A stretch of 64,000 nt of DNA from contig OX337231.1 of the NCBI GenBank assembly GCA_946965045.2, positions 124,001-188,000 of the forward strand. The letters are read 5' to 3'. Positions 34,441 to 46,359 of this stretch are shown here, piece by piece. Under the pieces are notes generated by a model. It did not search any database. It was not told the origin of the DNA and saw only the letters and a list, made by a program, of their open reading frames with translations. The stretch is from Epithemia pelagica (lineage: Eukaryota; Protista; Bacillariophyta). The first letter of the stretch is position 1; each line of letters begins with the position of its first letter. The translations under genes and the position numbers were made by a program.

Positions 34441-37400
34441 ATGGCGGCTGCCACCCAAAAATACGGCAATTTGTTGCGGCTGCTGCTCTTGTGGCTCGTC
34501 GTGTCGACTTGCATACAAGCAACAACCACAACCACCACAACAATCACAACCACACCAATCACAAGTCGCAGACCTCACCACCAAGGATTGTTGTTGAATC
34601 GTCACTTGACCACAAACGACAAGAATAATCAAGATCCAGCCTGTTGGCGGAGTGAAGTGTACAATCCCAACGCCGACGCGGATCACAAACAACGGGTCGT
34701 CGGCAAGCATGGACTCGTCTTTTATCTCGGCAGCAAAGTGAAACCCATTCACTTGCAAACGTTGGAAATTGCCGTCGATTCCAACATTCCTGACTTCGAC
34801 TACGATTGGCGCATTCGCATTTACAGTTCCAATGCTACATATTACGACGAACAAAACTTTACATCGATTCAAAGTACCTTTGTGAAACTTGCCGATACCA
34901 CGGCCGTCTTGCATCCCGATGGCGATCGGGTCGTGATTCCCACCACGGCCTTTGGTGAAACGACTGGCCATGGCATTCAATTGGGTCGCTTGGATCGTCG
35001 CATTTTCTATCTCCGAGCCGCCGGTCCCTGGTTGACCTATGCCACCAATGCCTTGCAACAAGCCAAGGATCAAGGGGCCAGTGGTCCTCGCATGACATTG
35101 TTTGTCGGAAGTCCGATTGTGGTGGAACCGACCGATACAAACACGGGCGATAATCCCTTTGCCCTACCCTCCAATGACAATGACAATGACAATGACAGCA
35201 AGGGCGGCTTTGACGACCCCACTCAAGCCTTTCCCACGACATTGGATACCAGCATTTCCATTGTCTTTTCGGGACGCGTGCATTTGCAATACGAACGCGA
35301 CGTTTGTCTCAATCGCAATGACGACAATAATGACAATGCACCAGTCGAACCTCCGCCACCCCTCACCACCACGACGAGCCTCGAACTGGTCAGTCTCGTC
35401 AATGCCACCTTGGCCGCGGCCGATTATCGACGCGTTGAACAAGCCGTCAATGAAAAAGTCGATGAGTGGTTGGCCTCCAATTCCATTTTGCAACCCTACA
35501 TTCAATCCTTCCGGCTTAACATGCCCGAGTCGAGCAAGGCCCTGTTTCGCCCGTTTGTGGGCCAATGTCGAGGATGGACGGCCTGTCAGTTTCTCATTGT
35601 CAAACTGGTTTTGGAACATGACGAGACCCTTCCCCCAGGAATGGTCGAATCGCAATTCTTTGCCTCGCCGTCTCAATGGTTTGAGGAAGCCATTCGACCC
35701 AGTCTACCGGCCACGGTTGAGGCGGTCGATGCGAGTTATCAAACCGTGCAAGCACAATTCCAGGTCACCTTGCACGGCGTACCATCTCAACTCGACTCGA
35801 TGCAACAAGACTTTTTACAGCATCACCTGGTTCGCTTTTGGAATGCCCGGCTCCCGGCCTTGTATTCTAAAGTCTTTTGGATGTCGGTCGACACGCAACT
35901 CGTTGTGACCAATCACAACAACAATAATAATGCCTTGCAAGTGTCGGGTGTGGTCACGGGCGGTCACAGTGTCCTGCAAGAACTGGCCGAATTCGACAAG
36001 GGCCTGACGGCCCTGTTTTCCAACACTGCCAATTCCCGGTATTTGGTGCAATCCTTGCACTACGACTCGCTCTTGCCCGGTCCCATGGCCCAAGACAATC
36101 GTGCAGACGTGTTTGCCTCGTTGCACTCGATCCAAGCCCTGGTCGAGGGAACCACCACCCTCGCTGGTAATGGTAACAGTGGTAACCCTGCATCTCCCAA
36201 CACGGACGGATCCACCAGTCCCTCCTCCGAGGACTCTACGAAAAGTGGTATTCTGGACACGTTCGAGTGGTGGATGTGGGTCCTTTGCGGAGGGGGATTG
36301 GCTTTGGTACTGTTGGCCGTTTGGCTTGTCCTTTATTGTTGTTGGTGGAACAATGCTCCAGGCAAACGACCCTCTGCGGCAGCGCGAGGAACAGGACATG
36401 CACCACACGAACAACCATTGGGCGGGAACAATGCTACCAAACACAATCAGAGCCAACAACGCCTAAAGCGAGGATTGACCACGGCCTCTTCGACCACGAT
36501 TCCAGACAGTACTCCTTCGGCCGAAAACAATTTTGCCTCCACCTTGGCCTTGCCCCTGCCCGTCAAACAGCGCGAGGAGTCGGATCATGCCTTGAATCAA
36601 TTTGTGCAGGACCAACAAGCACAACAATCAATGTCTATGGTGCCCGTCTCGGCCATTGCCGTCACGGCGCCCTTTGGCCACACCAGGCCACAACCGGCTC
36701 GTAATGGAGTATACGACACGGAAGTGCCTTCGAATCAACCAACAGCATCACCACCAGGACAGTTCAGCAACAACAACAGGGCTACTCCAATGAATTCACC
36801 TTCTCCTCTTCCTGGTGTTGCTTTGGCCCCCGGCAGTACCATGACAACGACATTCGGGGATCATGGTCTTTCTCCACAAGGACCGCAACTACAATCACCA
36901 CAGGGTGCACCTGTCCGGAACAGCCGACCGCCATTGCAACAACAACAATCCATACCGGTTCCCCCACTACTACGACAACAAACGAGTAGTATGAGCCAAG
37001 GCCCCTGCGTTCAACCCCAAGCACCAACAACCACACAGTCTTGGATCGTGAACCATTCACCCAACACGGGCAATCCGCCACAGCAACCAACACCATCCGA
37101 CCAAACAACACCCACTAATACATCACCTCGCAAGAAATTTCCAACCTGGCTGACCACTGGTGTGTTTGGTAGTAATGCTCCGTCGTCCTCCTCTCCAACG
37201 AGACCAACAGCAGCAGTACAAACGCCATCTCCGCAGTCCCCTGTGCGTCACAATGCTCCTTTACCAGCCTCAACGGTCATGCCACCACCGCCCTTGTCGT
37301 CGTCATATACTCCTCGCACGAATCCCATGACAGGGCCACAAGCACCACAATCCTCCGCAGCCTCTTCACCCCGCCAACAACAACAACAACAATCTGTCCG

Positions 37401-38661
37401 GAATCCACAACAACCACAAGGCATTCGTCCTGTGGGAGCTCCACTATCGACGACAACTACACCATTTTCTCCAACCAATCCACCACCACACCCCGCGGTG
37501 ACGCCCGACAGTCCCGAACTAGCAGCACAAGGAGGAGGAGGGTCTCCCCGGTCTCCCGTTTCCGCCGGCCGACGACTTCGACCCCTGGCATCGTACCACT
37601 TGGGGAGTATTAGTGCGGTTGGTGGTCAATCGCAATCGCCACAAGTAATACCACTATCGCCACAACCAGCCTCCCCACGAATGACTCTCACGGCAAGTCC
37701 TGTACCCCCGACGGATAAAACAGACCCTTCTTCCCAGCAGCGCCAGTCAGGGACGCCTCCCAACACTACTACGGTTCCTCCCACGCAACTCTCACCGTCA
37801 CGGTCTTCTCCCCCGGTTGTCGTGGGAAGTCAGCGACGTAGTTCGGGAGTGTACGAAAACACGCTGCCGTCGAAACCAATCATGAATATTCGAGGAAGCA
37901 TGGTACAACAAGCTCGACCTGTACCACAACAACAGCCACCAGCAATGCAACACCAACCCGGACAACAACAACCGTCACCTTCTCGTAGTCCACCCGTCGT
38001 GGTGGTGAATCAACGCCGCGTATCAGGTGTTTACGAAACGACCACGCCCAGCAAACCAATCATGAATATCCGAGGAAGCATGGTACAACCAGCTGCACCA
38101 CCTGTACAATCCGCACCGCCAGTAGCTGGTGCACCATCCGTCGTGGTGGGGAGTCAGCGCCGCGTTTCCGGTGTTTATGAAACGACCGCACCATCCAAAC
38201 CCATGAATATTCGAGAGAGCATGGTACAACAAGCAGCTCCACCCCTACAACCGTCACGAGCAACTGATCCACCACCCGTTGTCGTAGGAAGTCAACGCCG
38301 TGTTTCTGGTGTTTACGAAACGACCACACCCACCAAATCAATCCTGAATATTCGAGGGAGCCTGGTACAACAACAACAACAACAAGTTGCTCCACCCATG
38401 CAACATTCACCAGCCGCTGATCCACCACCCGTTGTCGTAAGGAGTCAACGACAAGTGTCGGGCGTTTACGCAACGACCACACCCAGCAAACCAATTCTGA
38501 ATATTCGAGAAAGCATGGTACCACCAGCTCCGCCAGCCGCACCAGAACAAGAACAACCACAACCAGCACCACAAAAAGTGGCAGGGAATCCATCACCTTC
38601 CATCACGGTCGACAGGGAACCAAGGGCACCCTTTAAGGAACCCCATTCGCAACAGATGTAA
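34441..38661 (+). CDS. Single-pass type I membrane protein (receptor/adhesin-like), paralog 2
   Basis: Signal peptide MAAATQKYGNLLRLLLLWLVVSTCIQA and an ectodomain homologous to paralog 1. TM segment WWMWVLCGGGLALVLLAVWLVLYCCWW, then a P/Q/S/T-rich tail with five VVV.SQRR.SGVY...NIRGSM repeats. Confidence 0.9.
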   Translation: MAAATQKYGNLLRLLLLWLVVSTCIQATTTTTTTITTTPITSRRPHHQGLLLNRHLTTNDKNNQDPACWRSEVYNPNADADHKQRVVGKHGLVFYLGSKVKPIHLQTLEIAVDSNIPDFDYDWRIRIYSSNATYYDEQNFTSIQSTFVKLADTTAVLHPDGDRVVIPTTAFGETTGHGIQLGRLDRRIFYLRAAGPWLTYATNALQQAKDQGASGPRMTLFVGSPIVVEPTDTNTGDNPFALPSNDNDNDNDSKGGFDDPTQAFPTTLDTSISIVFSGRVHLQYERDVCLNRNDDNNDNAPVEPPPPLTTTTSLELVSLVNATLAAADYRRVEQAVNEKVDEWLASNSILQPYIQSFRLNMPESSKALFRPFVGQCRGWTACQFLIVKLVLEHDETLPPGMVESQFFASPSQWFEEAIRPSLPATVEAVDASYQTVQAQFQVTLHGVPSQLDSMQQDFLQHHLVRFWNARLPALYSKVFWMSVDTQLVVTNHNNNNNALQVSGVVTGGHSVLQELAEFDKGLTALFSNTANSRYLVQSLHYDSLLPGPMAQDNRADVFASLHSIQALVEGTTTLAGNGNSGNPASPNTDGSTSPSSEDSTKSGILDTFEWWMWVLCGGGLALVLLAVWLVLYCCWWNNAPGKRPSAAARGTGHAPHEQPLGGNNATKHNQSQQRLKRGLTTASSTTIPDSTPSAENNFASTLALPLPVKQREESDHALNQFVQDQQAQQSMSMVPVSAIAVTAPFGHTRPQPARNGVYDTEVPSNQPTASPPGQFSNNNRATPMNSPSPLPGVALAPGSTMTTTFGDHGLSPQGPQLQSPQGAPVRNSRPPLQQQQSIPVPPLLRQQTSSMSQGPCVQPQAPTTTQSWIVNHSPNTGNPPQQPTPSDQTTPTNTSPRKKFPTWLTTGVFGSNAPSSSSPTRPTAAVQTPSPQSPVRHNAPLPASTVMPPPPLSSSYTPRTNPMTGPQAPQSSAASSPRQQQQQQSVRNPQQPQGIRPVGAPLSTTTTPFSPTNPPPHPAVTPDSPELAAQGGGGSPRSPVSAGRRLRPLASYHLGSISAVGGQSQSPQVIPLSPQPASPRMTLTASPVPPTDKTDPSSQQRQSGTPPNTTTVPPTQLSPSRSSPPVVVGSQRRSSGVYENTLPSKPIMNIRGSMVQQARPVPQQQPPAMQHQPGQQQPSPSRSPPVVVVNQRRVSGVYETTTPSKPIMNIRGSMVQPAAPPVQSAPPVAGAPSVVVGSQRRVSGVYETTAPSKPMNIRESMVQQAAPPLQPSRATDPPPVVVGSQRRVSGVYETTTPTKSILNIRGSLVQQQQQQVAPPMQHSPAADPPPVVVRSQRQVSGVYATTTPSKPILNIRESMVPPAPPAAPEQEQPQPAPQKVAGNPSPSITVDREPRAPFKEPHSQQM

Positions 38662-39701
38662 ACGCACGGCACTACAACCATTCGCTGGACCATCCCCATA
38701 CGTAGCATTGTTACCACCAGCCCCAGAACTGATAGCTACTCGAGAAGTAGAGACCAAACGAACCTGTCTCGTCTCTTTTGCGGGGGTGTGTGCGCTTTTG
38801 GGGGTGTATCGTTGTGTACAATGTCTCTCATCGCCTTCTTTTATATCTCTGGAAGAGTCATAGTGCTCTAAAACTCTAGCAACATGCTGGCCAGTTGGTT
38901 CCTTTTGTGGGTAACGAAAAAAGTCTAGGAGTAGATTTTAACTATCCGCTAGGATACTGCCGACCGACGCGCCGGGAGCACTAACTGTGGGGCAAAACCA
39001 GGTACTCCTAGCAAATTAAGTGTGGTTGGCAGAGTGTAAGATGACAGGTCTCCAAGTATTGAGCCATGAACGGAGAGCAACAGAAGTCGTATCGATTGAA
39101 AAGTGAGTGTCAAGAGAATCGTAGAAAAAGTGATTGGTCGCGGGTTATAGAACAATGTGGCGGATAGAATAATATAAGGCAGCAACTTCACGTTGGGCCT
39201 GTGCAAAACTGCAGTTTCACGAAGGAGAACAAAAGGAATATCCGTATTGTAGGTAGCTCTTTCTGCGACCTCCCTCTGTTGGTTGGCTCGTCCTGCTCGT
39301 GAGTCACGGTGGTTTCGTGTGGGATTGACTCGGAACCACTCATGCGTGCGCTCGTGTACAATACAATACGAGTAAGAGCTTTATCGTTATCGTTCGTAGT
39401 TAGTACAATACATATTCGTACCTTATTGTAGCTCGACCTCGACGACTTTGGGCATTGCCGGCGCACCAAAAATCCCATCATTTGGTCTTGGTAGGTTCCA
39501 GATGCACGACTTTGGCACGGCCGGTGCACCAGTGTGGTTCGCATTTCCTCACACAATTCTCATTTGATCCGTGGAGGAGCAAATCCACCATCCACCCTAT
39601 CCGATGATCATGGCGGCAACCAGAGGCAGAGGCTACCTCTCTCGAGTAAAGTGTCAACAGCAGGTGTCATAAAAAACAGAATCCGGATTCGTTAACATCC
39701 C

Positions 39702-41446
39702 TTGCCAACCAACGACAATAATCCTGGTTCCAAGCCTATCATCCTCATGACTCCTGGTTCCCCCCAAACCAAGCCACTCCTCCTCTTCTTCCTCCTTGCC
39801 CTCTGGTTCCGTGTGGCAGCAGCTTCGTCGTCGTCGACTCCTCTCGTGGCAAGTGTGGAACAACAAGAAGTGGAAACGGGACATTCGCGATACCATCCTG
39901 GACTCGACCTTGTTGACCATGACCCATCCGCACAAGAAGAACCCGACGCCGTGAACAACAATCGTCATTTGCAAACTTGGGGGGCCGCCCAACTGCAACA
40001 CTTGCAACAAGCCTGTCGTGCGACGCCCACTTGGAAAACAACGACAACAATGACCAGCAGCCACAGTCCTCGTTCCGTCGTTGGGAGCAATGACACCACC
40101 ACGAGCAGGCAGCCGCCATTGGTCGAATTGGATCCCGTTACATGTCGTCATGTGTGGGGCGCCCAAGCGTGGATGCCCTTGACCCAAGACGACGAGTGGG
40201 TTCCCAACAAGAACCAGGACGACGAGGACAACCCGGACCCTTCACAACCACACGAAGAACAAGAAGAAACTGTACCATTTGGCAGTTTGGAATGGTGGAA
40301 ACGACATGACATGGATACGAAAATGACGCAGTGTTTGCAACGACGTCAACAAGACCCGGATTCCATGATTCCGCACCATTGCAACAACAACAACACGAAT
40401 GGACACGAATCGCTTCCACAAGCCGTGAGTATTTATTCGCATGCGACCGAAGGTACGTCGTTTGGATCGATACTCTATTATACGAGTAGTATAAACCAAC
40501 GAGGAGCGGCGGCATTCTCTCTTGTTTGTCTCTCCTTTTTCTCTCTCTCTCTCTCACCCACAGTTTGCTCTCTTGGTATCGTTTCTTTTTTTGGCTCTTG
40601 TGTGTGTTGACAAACAACCACCACACCACCACAATAGGCGATTTGGTCACGGTCCAAAATGCCGTGACCGACTGTGAAGCGGCATATGTCCAAGCCTTGG
40701 TGGACTGTTTGAATACGGATTTGGAACACGAGGTGCGTCATCAATTGCCCTTTTATCAAGAACGAGCCTTTGGACAAGACGAAACGGCACCGGCCTATGG
40801 CTTGTATCAAGCCCAAGGCGGCAATCACGTTTACTTTTTGGCCGGTTTGATGCAACGATACTTGCCCGGGGTCGTGCATTCCCTGTACCGGGCCTTTGAC
40901 GCGGCCTACACCTATGCCGAATGGGGACAGGCCGCCACCTTTGCCCGGCACAAGAACATGTACGATCATCCCCCCGAGGAAGATGCGTCGTCCAATACAA
41001 CGACGACCACAACGACAGCCTTGCCGCATCCCACCACCTTGGGCATTCGGACCATGGAATATTTGCACTTCAAGACCTTGGGTCGTCTCGGTCATCATCC
41101 CGATGGCGAATCGCTCTTTACCATGAGCATTGCCTGGTCGGAACCCGATTCGTACGAGGGGGGATGGTTTCAATTGTTGTCCAGCAGTGCGCAATTCAAG
41201 GTCCCCCGCTTATCGGCCGTCGTGTTTTATTCCGAAGCCTTGCATGCCATTACGCGATTGGAACGAGGTACCCGTACCGTTTTGGTGACGGAATTGTGGG
41301 AGTATGATGCCGTCCCCCTCGGATCGGCTCGACCCAGTGTCGCACAATTTTTGCAACAACAACAGCAAGAGGGAGATGACGACGACTATGAATACGACGA
41401 CGACGACGACGACTATGAATACGAGGATGAAGAGGAACAAGGGTAG
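39702..41446 (+). CDS. Secreted 2-oxoglutarate/Fe(II)-dependent oxygenase (prolyl-hydroxylase-like); join(39702..40452,40638..41446)
   Basis: Signal-like LLLFFLLALWFRVAAA and a GTACGT...AATAG intron that keeps the frame. HxD...H...R motif (GHHPD...YEGG...ALHAITRLERGTR) and an acidic tail. Confidence 0.85.
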
Positions 41447-42191
41447 TAAATGTGCACACACACACACACAAGACACTTCTATATTCAGGTTTCCTCGTGG
41501 GTCATGGTGGAGACTCGCTGTGCTGTTTGGAATGCCGACAGACACCGTCTTGTGTGTGTGTGTTCCACCTCAGACCGAAACTCTATATTTCTAGGATACA
41601 GAATTCATGTACTAGTACTAGAACAAACAGTATGTTGCTTCCCCATTGTCTTGTGGTGGGTTGTGGATGGCTCTCTACCTAGTCCTTGTGGCACTCTGCG
41701 GTAAGGCTAGAGAGACTGTCAAGGCCTCGATTGGGTCTTCGAAACGACACCATCAACATCATAGATGTTGTTGGTGTTGCTTCTTGGTGGATCCAAAGAT
41801 GGATGGGTCGTGGAGCTATCATAGGAATACAAGGAGGATGATCATCAAAAGAGCAAGAGCATACACAAGACGCCCAAGTCAACCACGCAACGTCATGTGG
41901 TTCTGTTTTGAGAAAGGAGAATGGATTGTATTGTAGAATAGGCCGGTATGATCGGGTCTCCTATGTTACACGTTCTATAGGTAGTTTGTTTGGTGACAGG
42001 TAATGGCTCTTCCCAAACTGCAGAGCTATTTTTTTTCTCTCACGACCACACGTGGCGTGGAGAGACGCTACAGTAGTTCTAGTTCTTTCCTTTCGAAACA
42101 ACCAATATGTGGAATCGCCATGAACTTGTTCTTGTTGGAGTAGATGGTTGTCGTTTGTGATTGGGACTCGGCTTTGTTGCTATTGTTGTCG

Positions 42192-44485
42192 TTATTGTTG
42201 TTGGGAGGTTTGTTGATACTGCGCCACCAAGCGTTCCAAGGCCTCGAGTCGTTCTTCCATGTCACCATAGTGTGGTTGTGGTTGTTGCTGTTGCGTACGA
42301 ATGGCAGTCTCCAATTGCGTCTGTTGGTCTTGTACCTTGCGTGCCTGGGCTTGTACCACGTCGAGGCGGTAATGTTGTTGGTCTTGGAACGGTGGCGTCC
42401 CATCTTCCTCCAACAATCGTCGTCGTCCTGGTCCTCCTTCTCCTCCTCCTCTCGAATTGGCTTGTTGTTGGCTGGGTGGTACATCAATGGACAGCCAATA
42501 TCCTCGGACCGAATCAAAGGTACACGTGCCATCTTCATTTTGTACCGTCAAGAGAGTACGGTCGTCCTTGTCGTCTTGTGAGGAGCGTGGTTCCACAGTC
42601 ATGGATCCTTGCACCTGCAACGAGACGGGGTGTGTGGGCACCGTATGAGTAGAACTCGTAGAAGAGGATGAAGATGCCTTGTCTTCTTCTTCTTCTTCTT
42701 CTTGCGACGTCGTTGTGTCCTGGACAGGTGGCAAGTCATCTTGCGGATCCTCCCGGTCTTGTTTGGGTGGATGCAATTCATCCGACACCACAATTGCCGA
42801 ATCTCCCAATCGAACCGTGCCATTGGCTTCCAGAACCATGGTACCCGAAGGCGTGTGCGGTTGAATGAAAAAGGCCGACCGCGTCAAGACCGAATCGTCG
42901 TCGTTGTTTTGGTTCTTGTTGTTGTTTTTCTTGTTTCGCTTCTTCTTTTTCTCCTTTTTTTGTTGTTCCTTGGAGTTGGACGAGACGCGCAAGGAGGAAA
43001 TGCCAAAGCCATTCCAATTGGCTATAGTTTACCAACACCCACGAAAAACACGACAATAAAAAAAAACGTGTGTGAGACGAGAGATATCCTGGCACTGTGA
43101 TTCGTTCACACACACACAGTTCTCCACACCCACAATCGTCCTACAATAGTAGAGCCAAAGGAACCCAAACAACGCACGGGCCATCAACCAACTAGTATCA
43201 AAATCAAACATACACACAAGAAGAACGTACCGGCCAAATCCCACACAATTCGATCCTTTGTACTAGATGAAGATTCGTGCTTCTTGTTTGGATTGTTGTT
43301 GTTGTTGTTGTTGTTGTGGTTGTCAGCGTCATCCTTGGGGATGCGCAAGCTCGAACTGGACATGGTCCATTGCTTTTGGTTGCTCTTGTTGGTTTTGGAA
43401 CTGGTCAAGGTCCATTGTTTCTTGTCCTTGTGGTTGTCGATACGGTCCTTGGGTGCTTGCTCTAGTGGCTGTGGTTGCTGCTCGTCGTCGTCCGTCGCTT
43501 CCAATCGAATCTGGGCCGTGACGGGGTTGCGCTTGCGATTCGTCGTGTATTGGACAATGTGCAAGGACGCCTGGGGAAATTGCGTTCCCAATCCGACGCG
43601 GCCCTCTTCGTGTTGCCGGTCCAGTGCCACAAAGACACTGGCACTGGGCGCGCCCCGTTGTAAGACCAAGGGCGCTGTGCCATGAGTGACATCGACCATG
43701 GCCACAAAGGGTGTCAACGTATTGTCGTTGTCCTTGGACGACGATTGGTCCTTGTCGTTCTTGTTCTTTTGGTTGTCGTTGGAGGATCGTGCCAGGAGGG
43801 GTGTCAAGGCCCACGTGGCCGTGTTGCTGCTACTACTGCTGCTGCCAGCACCACCAATGGTGATATCTTGGTCGGTTGCGGGTGGTTTGGTCCACGTTCG
43901 ACTCTTACCAGGCGGTGCCTTGCCATGATCGGTCCCCGATGCCATGGCCAAGAGCATGGACGACGACGAGTCGTCCTTCTCCTTGGTCACCAAAGTGGAC
44001 GTGCGGGTTTCTCCCTTTTTGGGTGGCACGCGATTGGCTTGTTTCGCATTGTCTGGTTGTTGTTGTTGTGGTTGTTGTTCCGGACCAGCATTTGTCTGCT
44101 GGGATTTGCTGGGAATTTTGAGTGTGGGGCCCTGGCGACGACGACCACCCTGGTTGGAAGAGGCCATGAGCATGAAATCCGAAGTGGTATACTCGTGAGT
44201 TTCCAGGATCCAATCATGATTCAAGTGGCGACTTGTAGTAGTAGTAGTGGCGAATGATTCGTGTGCCTCTGGTGGTTGTTGTGGTTGTTGTTGTGAAGGA
44301 TGACGGTAGGTGGCTACAAATACTACAAAGAGGACTACAAACACCAACACGACGAGTGGCAGCATCAAGAATCCTCCCATTCGTGTGTTCCTCCGCCGCT
44401 TGGGTTCCATCCGAGGCTTGTCGTCGTCGTTGTTGTTGTTGTTGTTGTCATCACCATCGTGAAACGCCGCTGGCAGTCTCATCAT
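42192..44485 (-). CDS. Type II membrane-anchored protein with bacterial tail-fibre-like repeats and a C-terminal coiled coil; join(complement(43231..44485),complement(42192..43021))
   Basis: N-terminal TM segment (FLMLPLVVLVFVVLFVVFVA). Motifs APLVLQRGAPSASVFV...GRVGLGTQFPQASLHIV...QIRLE...WDLA|ANWNGF...FFIQPHTPSGTMVLEANGTVRLG. The GTACGT...TATAG intron joins the two ORFs in frame. Confidence 0.8.
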
Positions 44486-44995
44486 TCTTCTTCTCTGATT
44501 GTGCTTGTTGTTGCTTCTTTGTAGTATTGGAAGCAGATGTTGCTGTGGTCGTCATGAGGAGTGAGGGAAAGAGAATCGCAACAACGCCCCCATATGTAGG
44601 TAGTATGGCTCGTATCATTGGATCGTATCATCTGACATGTTGTTGTGTTGGATGAGAATGACACTGCTCTGTTGGTGTGTCTCGTCCGGAAGCAGCCGGT
44701 TGCGGCAGCTGCGGACTGATGCAACGACGACAACAACCAAAGAACAGATGGACGAGTGACAAAACCAGCTGCGGCGGCTGCTTCGCTTCATGGTGGGGGA
44801 GGGTCACAGCATGCACGTGCAAATAATAGAATGAGAGAAAGAGGGGGAATCCAAAATTAAAGGGGCAAAAACGGAAGGGGCCAAAGGGAGCTATGGGATC
44901 TACCCTATCCTAGATATCTCTGCATGATAGACATGGCATCGATCTCTCTACCTACAGAGAGAGAGAATCCTGGCATGTCGATTCGGCTCTCCTTG

Positions 44996-45021
44996 TCTCT
45001 CTCTCTCTCTCTCTCTCTCTC
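44996..45021. repeat. (TC)13 microsatellite
   Basis: Directly visible. Confidence 0.9.
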
Positions 45022-45323
45022 CAGTCTTTCGTAAGTCATTTCAATGTGTAGGATAATTCCTTTTTTTGTTACTGGTTGTTCTTCTTTTTCTTAAAGTAGA
45101 GGAGACCCCTGCGTCTCGTGTCGTCGTCGTCTGGACTTGAAACTATATATATAAATAGGATACGAATACTACTGTTACGGTACTAGAAGTGTCTTGCTTG
45201 TAACCACCCACCCACAAGACCACTCCCAACCAGAGTCGTGTTTTGTTTCACTTTTTTCTTCTTCATCTTGTTTGGGACTGCTGGTGTTCCTTCCTTGGTT
45301 CCGATTTTTCATTCGTGTTGTGA

Positions 45324-46359
45324 TTAGGCAAACCATCCGACCATGTCATTGAGAATGACCGAGAGCAAAATGGTCATGCCGACATCGGCGCCGGGCGCCA
45401 CGACACAATCCCATCCGGCCCGCGACGAATTGAAAATGCGACCCGCCTTTTTGCTGAGCAAGGCGTAAACGACATCCAAATCCTTGGGGTCCACCAACAG
45501 CACATCGTTTTTGCGCGGCGGCACCAACTTGCCCGTGGGCGTATCGGGCAAATTGCGGGCCGGCACAAGATGGAGATAGGGCTGATAATTGTGGCCATTC
45601 CAAATCAACAAGCTGCGATATTCCACGTGATTGTCGTCAATGTCCCGGACCTTGAACATGGGATAAAAGGCCACGCCGCCTTCGGTTTCGGCTTGGGCAT
45701 CGTCTTGAAAGAGCGGCGACGTGCTGTACAAAAAGTAGGCCTTGTTAATCTTGAGTGTCTCCTCGACGGCCAACATGATCTGATACAAACGACAAGAATT
45801 AAAGAAGAACGAGAGAGTGAGAGGTCGGAGGCACCACCACCATCACACAAGTGCGACAAGGAAACAAGCCACCGCAACTGAATCTATTGAATGCAGCCTT
45901 GTCGTCGGTTTGGCGTTTCCGACTCGATAATCGCCACACCTTTCGTGTGCCATCCACATTCAAACAAGAACCACACACACACAACCACACTCGTGTCGTC
46001 CACCACACACGACACTCGATACGTACCGGCTTTTCGTCCTTGTCTTGAACGACAATGCGCGTTTTGCCAATGATATTGGAATGTTCCACCACGACCAAAT
46101 CGTCAAAGGGTTCGCCTTCATAATCCAAGACGGAAAAGGTATCGCGACGACTGAACCATTTGCCCTTGCCATGTTCGACGGCAAACTTGACGAGTTTGCC
46201 GGCTTCGGTCGAGCGCGACACGGCATCGCACAAGACCTTGCCTTGGGTCAAGGCGGGCAAGTCCAACACCTTGCTGGCCAAGGTGGCTTCGGTCGGAAAC
46301 CCAGCCACATTGCGAAAGGTTTCCTCCGTCGCCAAGACTTGTCCAGTCACACTGCTCAT
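45324..46359 (-). CDS. LURP-one-related / tubby C-terminal-like protein; join(complement(46027..46359),complement(45324..45779))
   Basis: The in-frame splice (EKP|IML) gives 262 aa. The C-terminal WDCVVAPGADVGMTILLSVILND matches the LURP-one/Tub_2 terminal pattern, and the N-terminus has KWFSRRDTFSVLDYEG. Confidence 0.75.

Noticed and set aside
34351-35676. Long antisense ORFs opposite real genes (also 27923-28984, 50349-51278, 54156-54842 and others)
   Set aside because: These are shadow ORFs caused by codon bias of the sense gene, with no domain signal.
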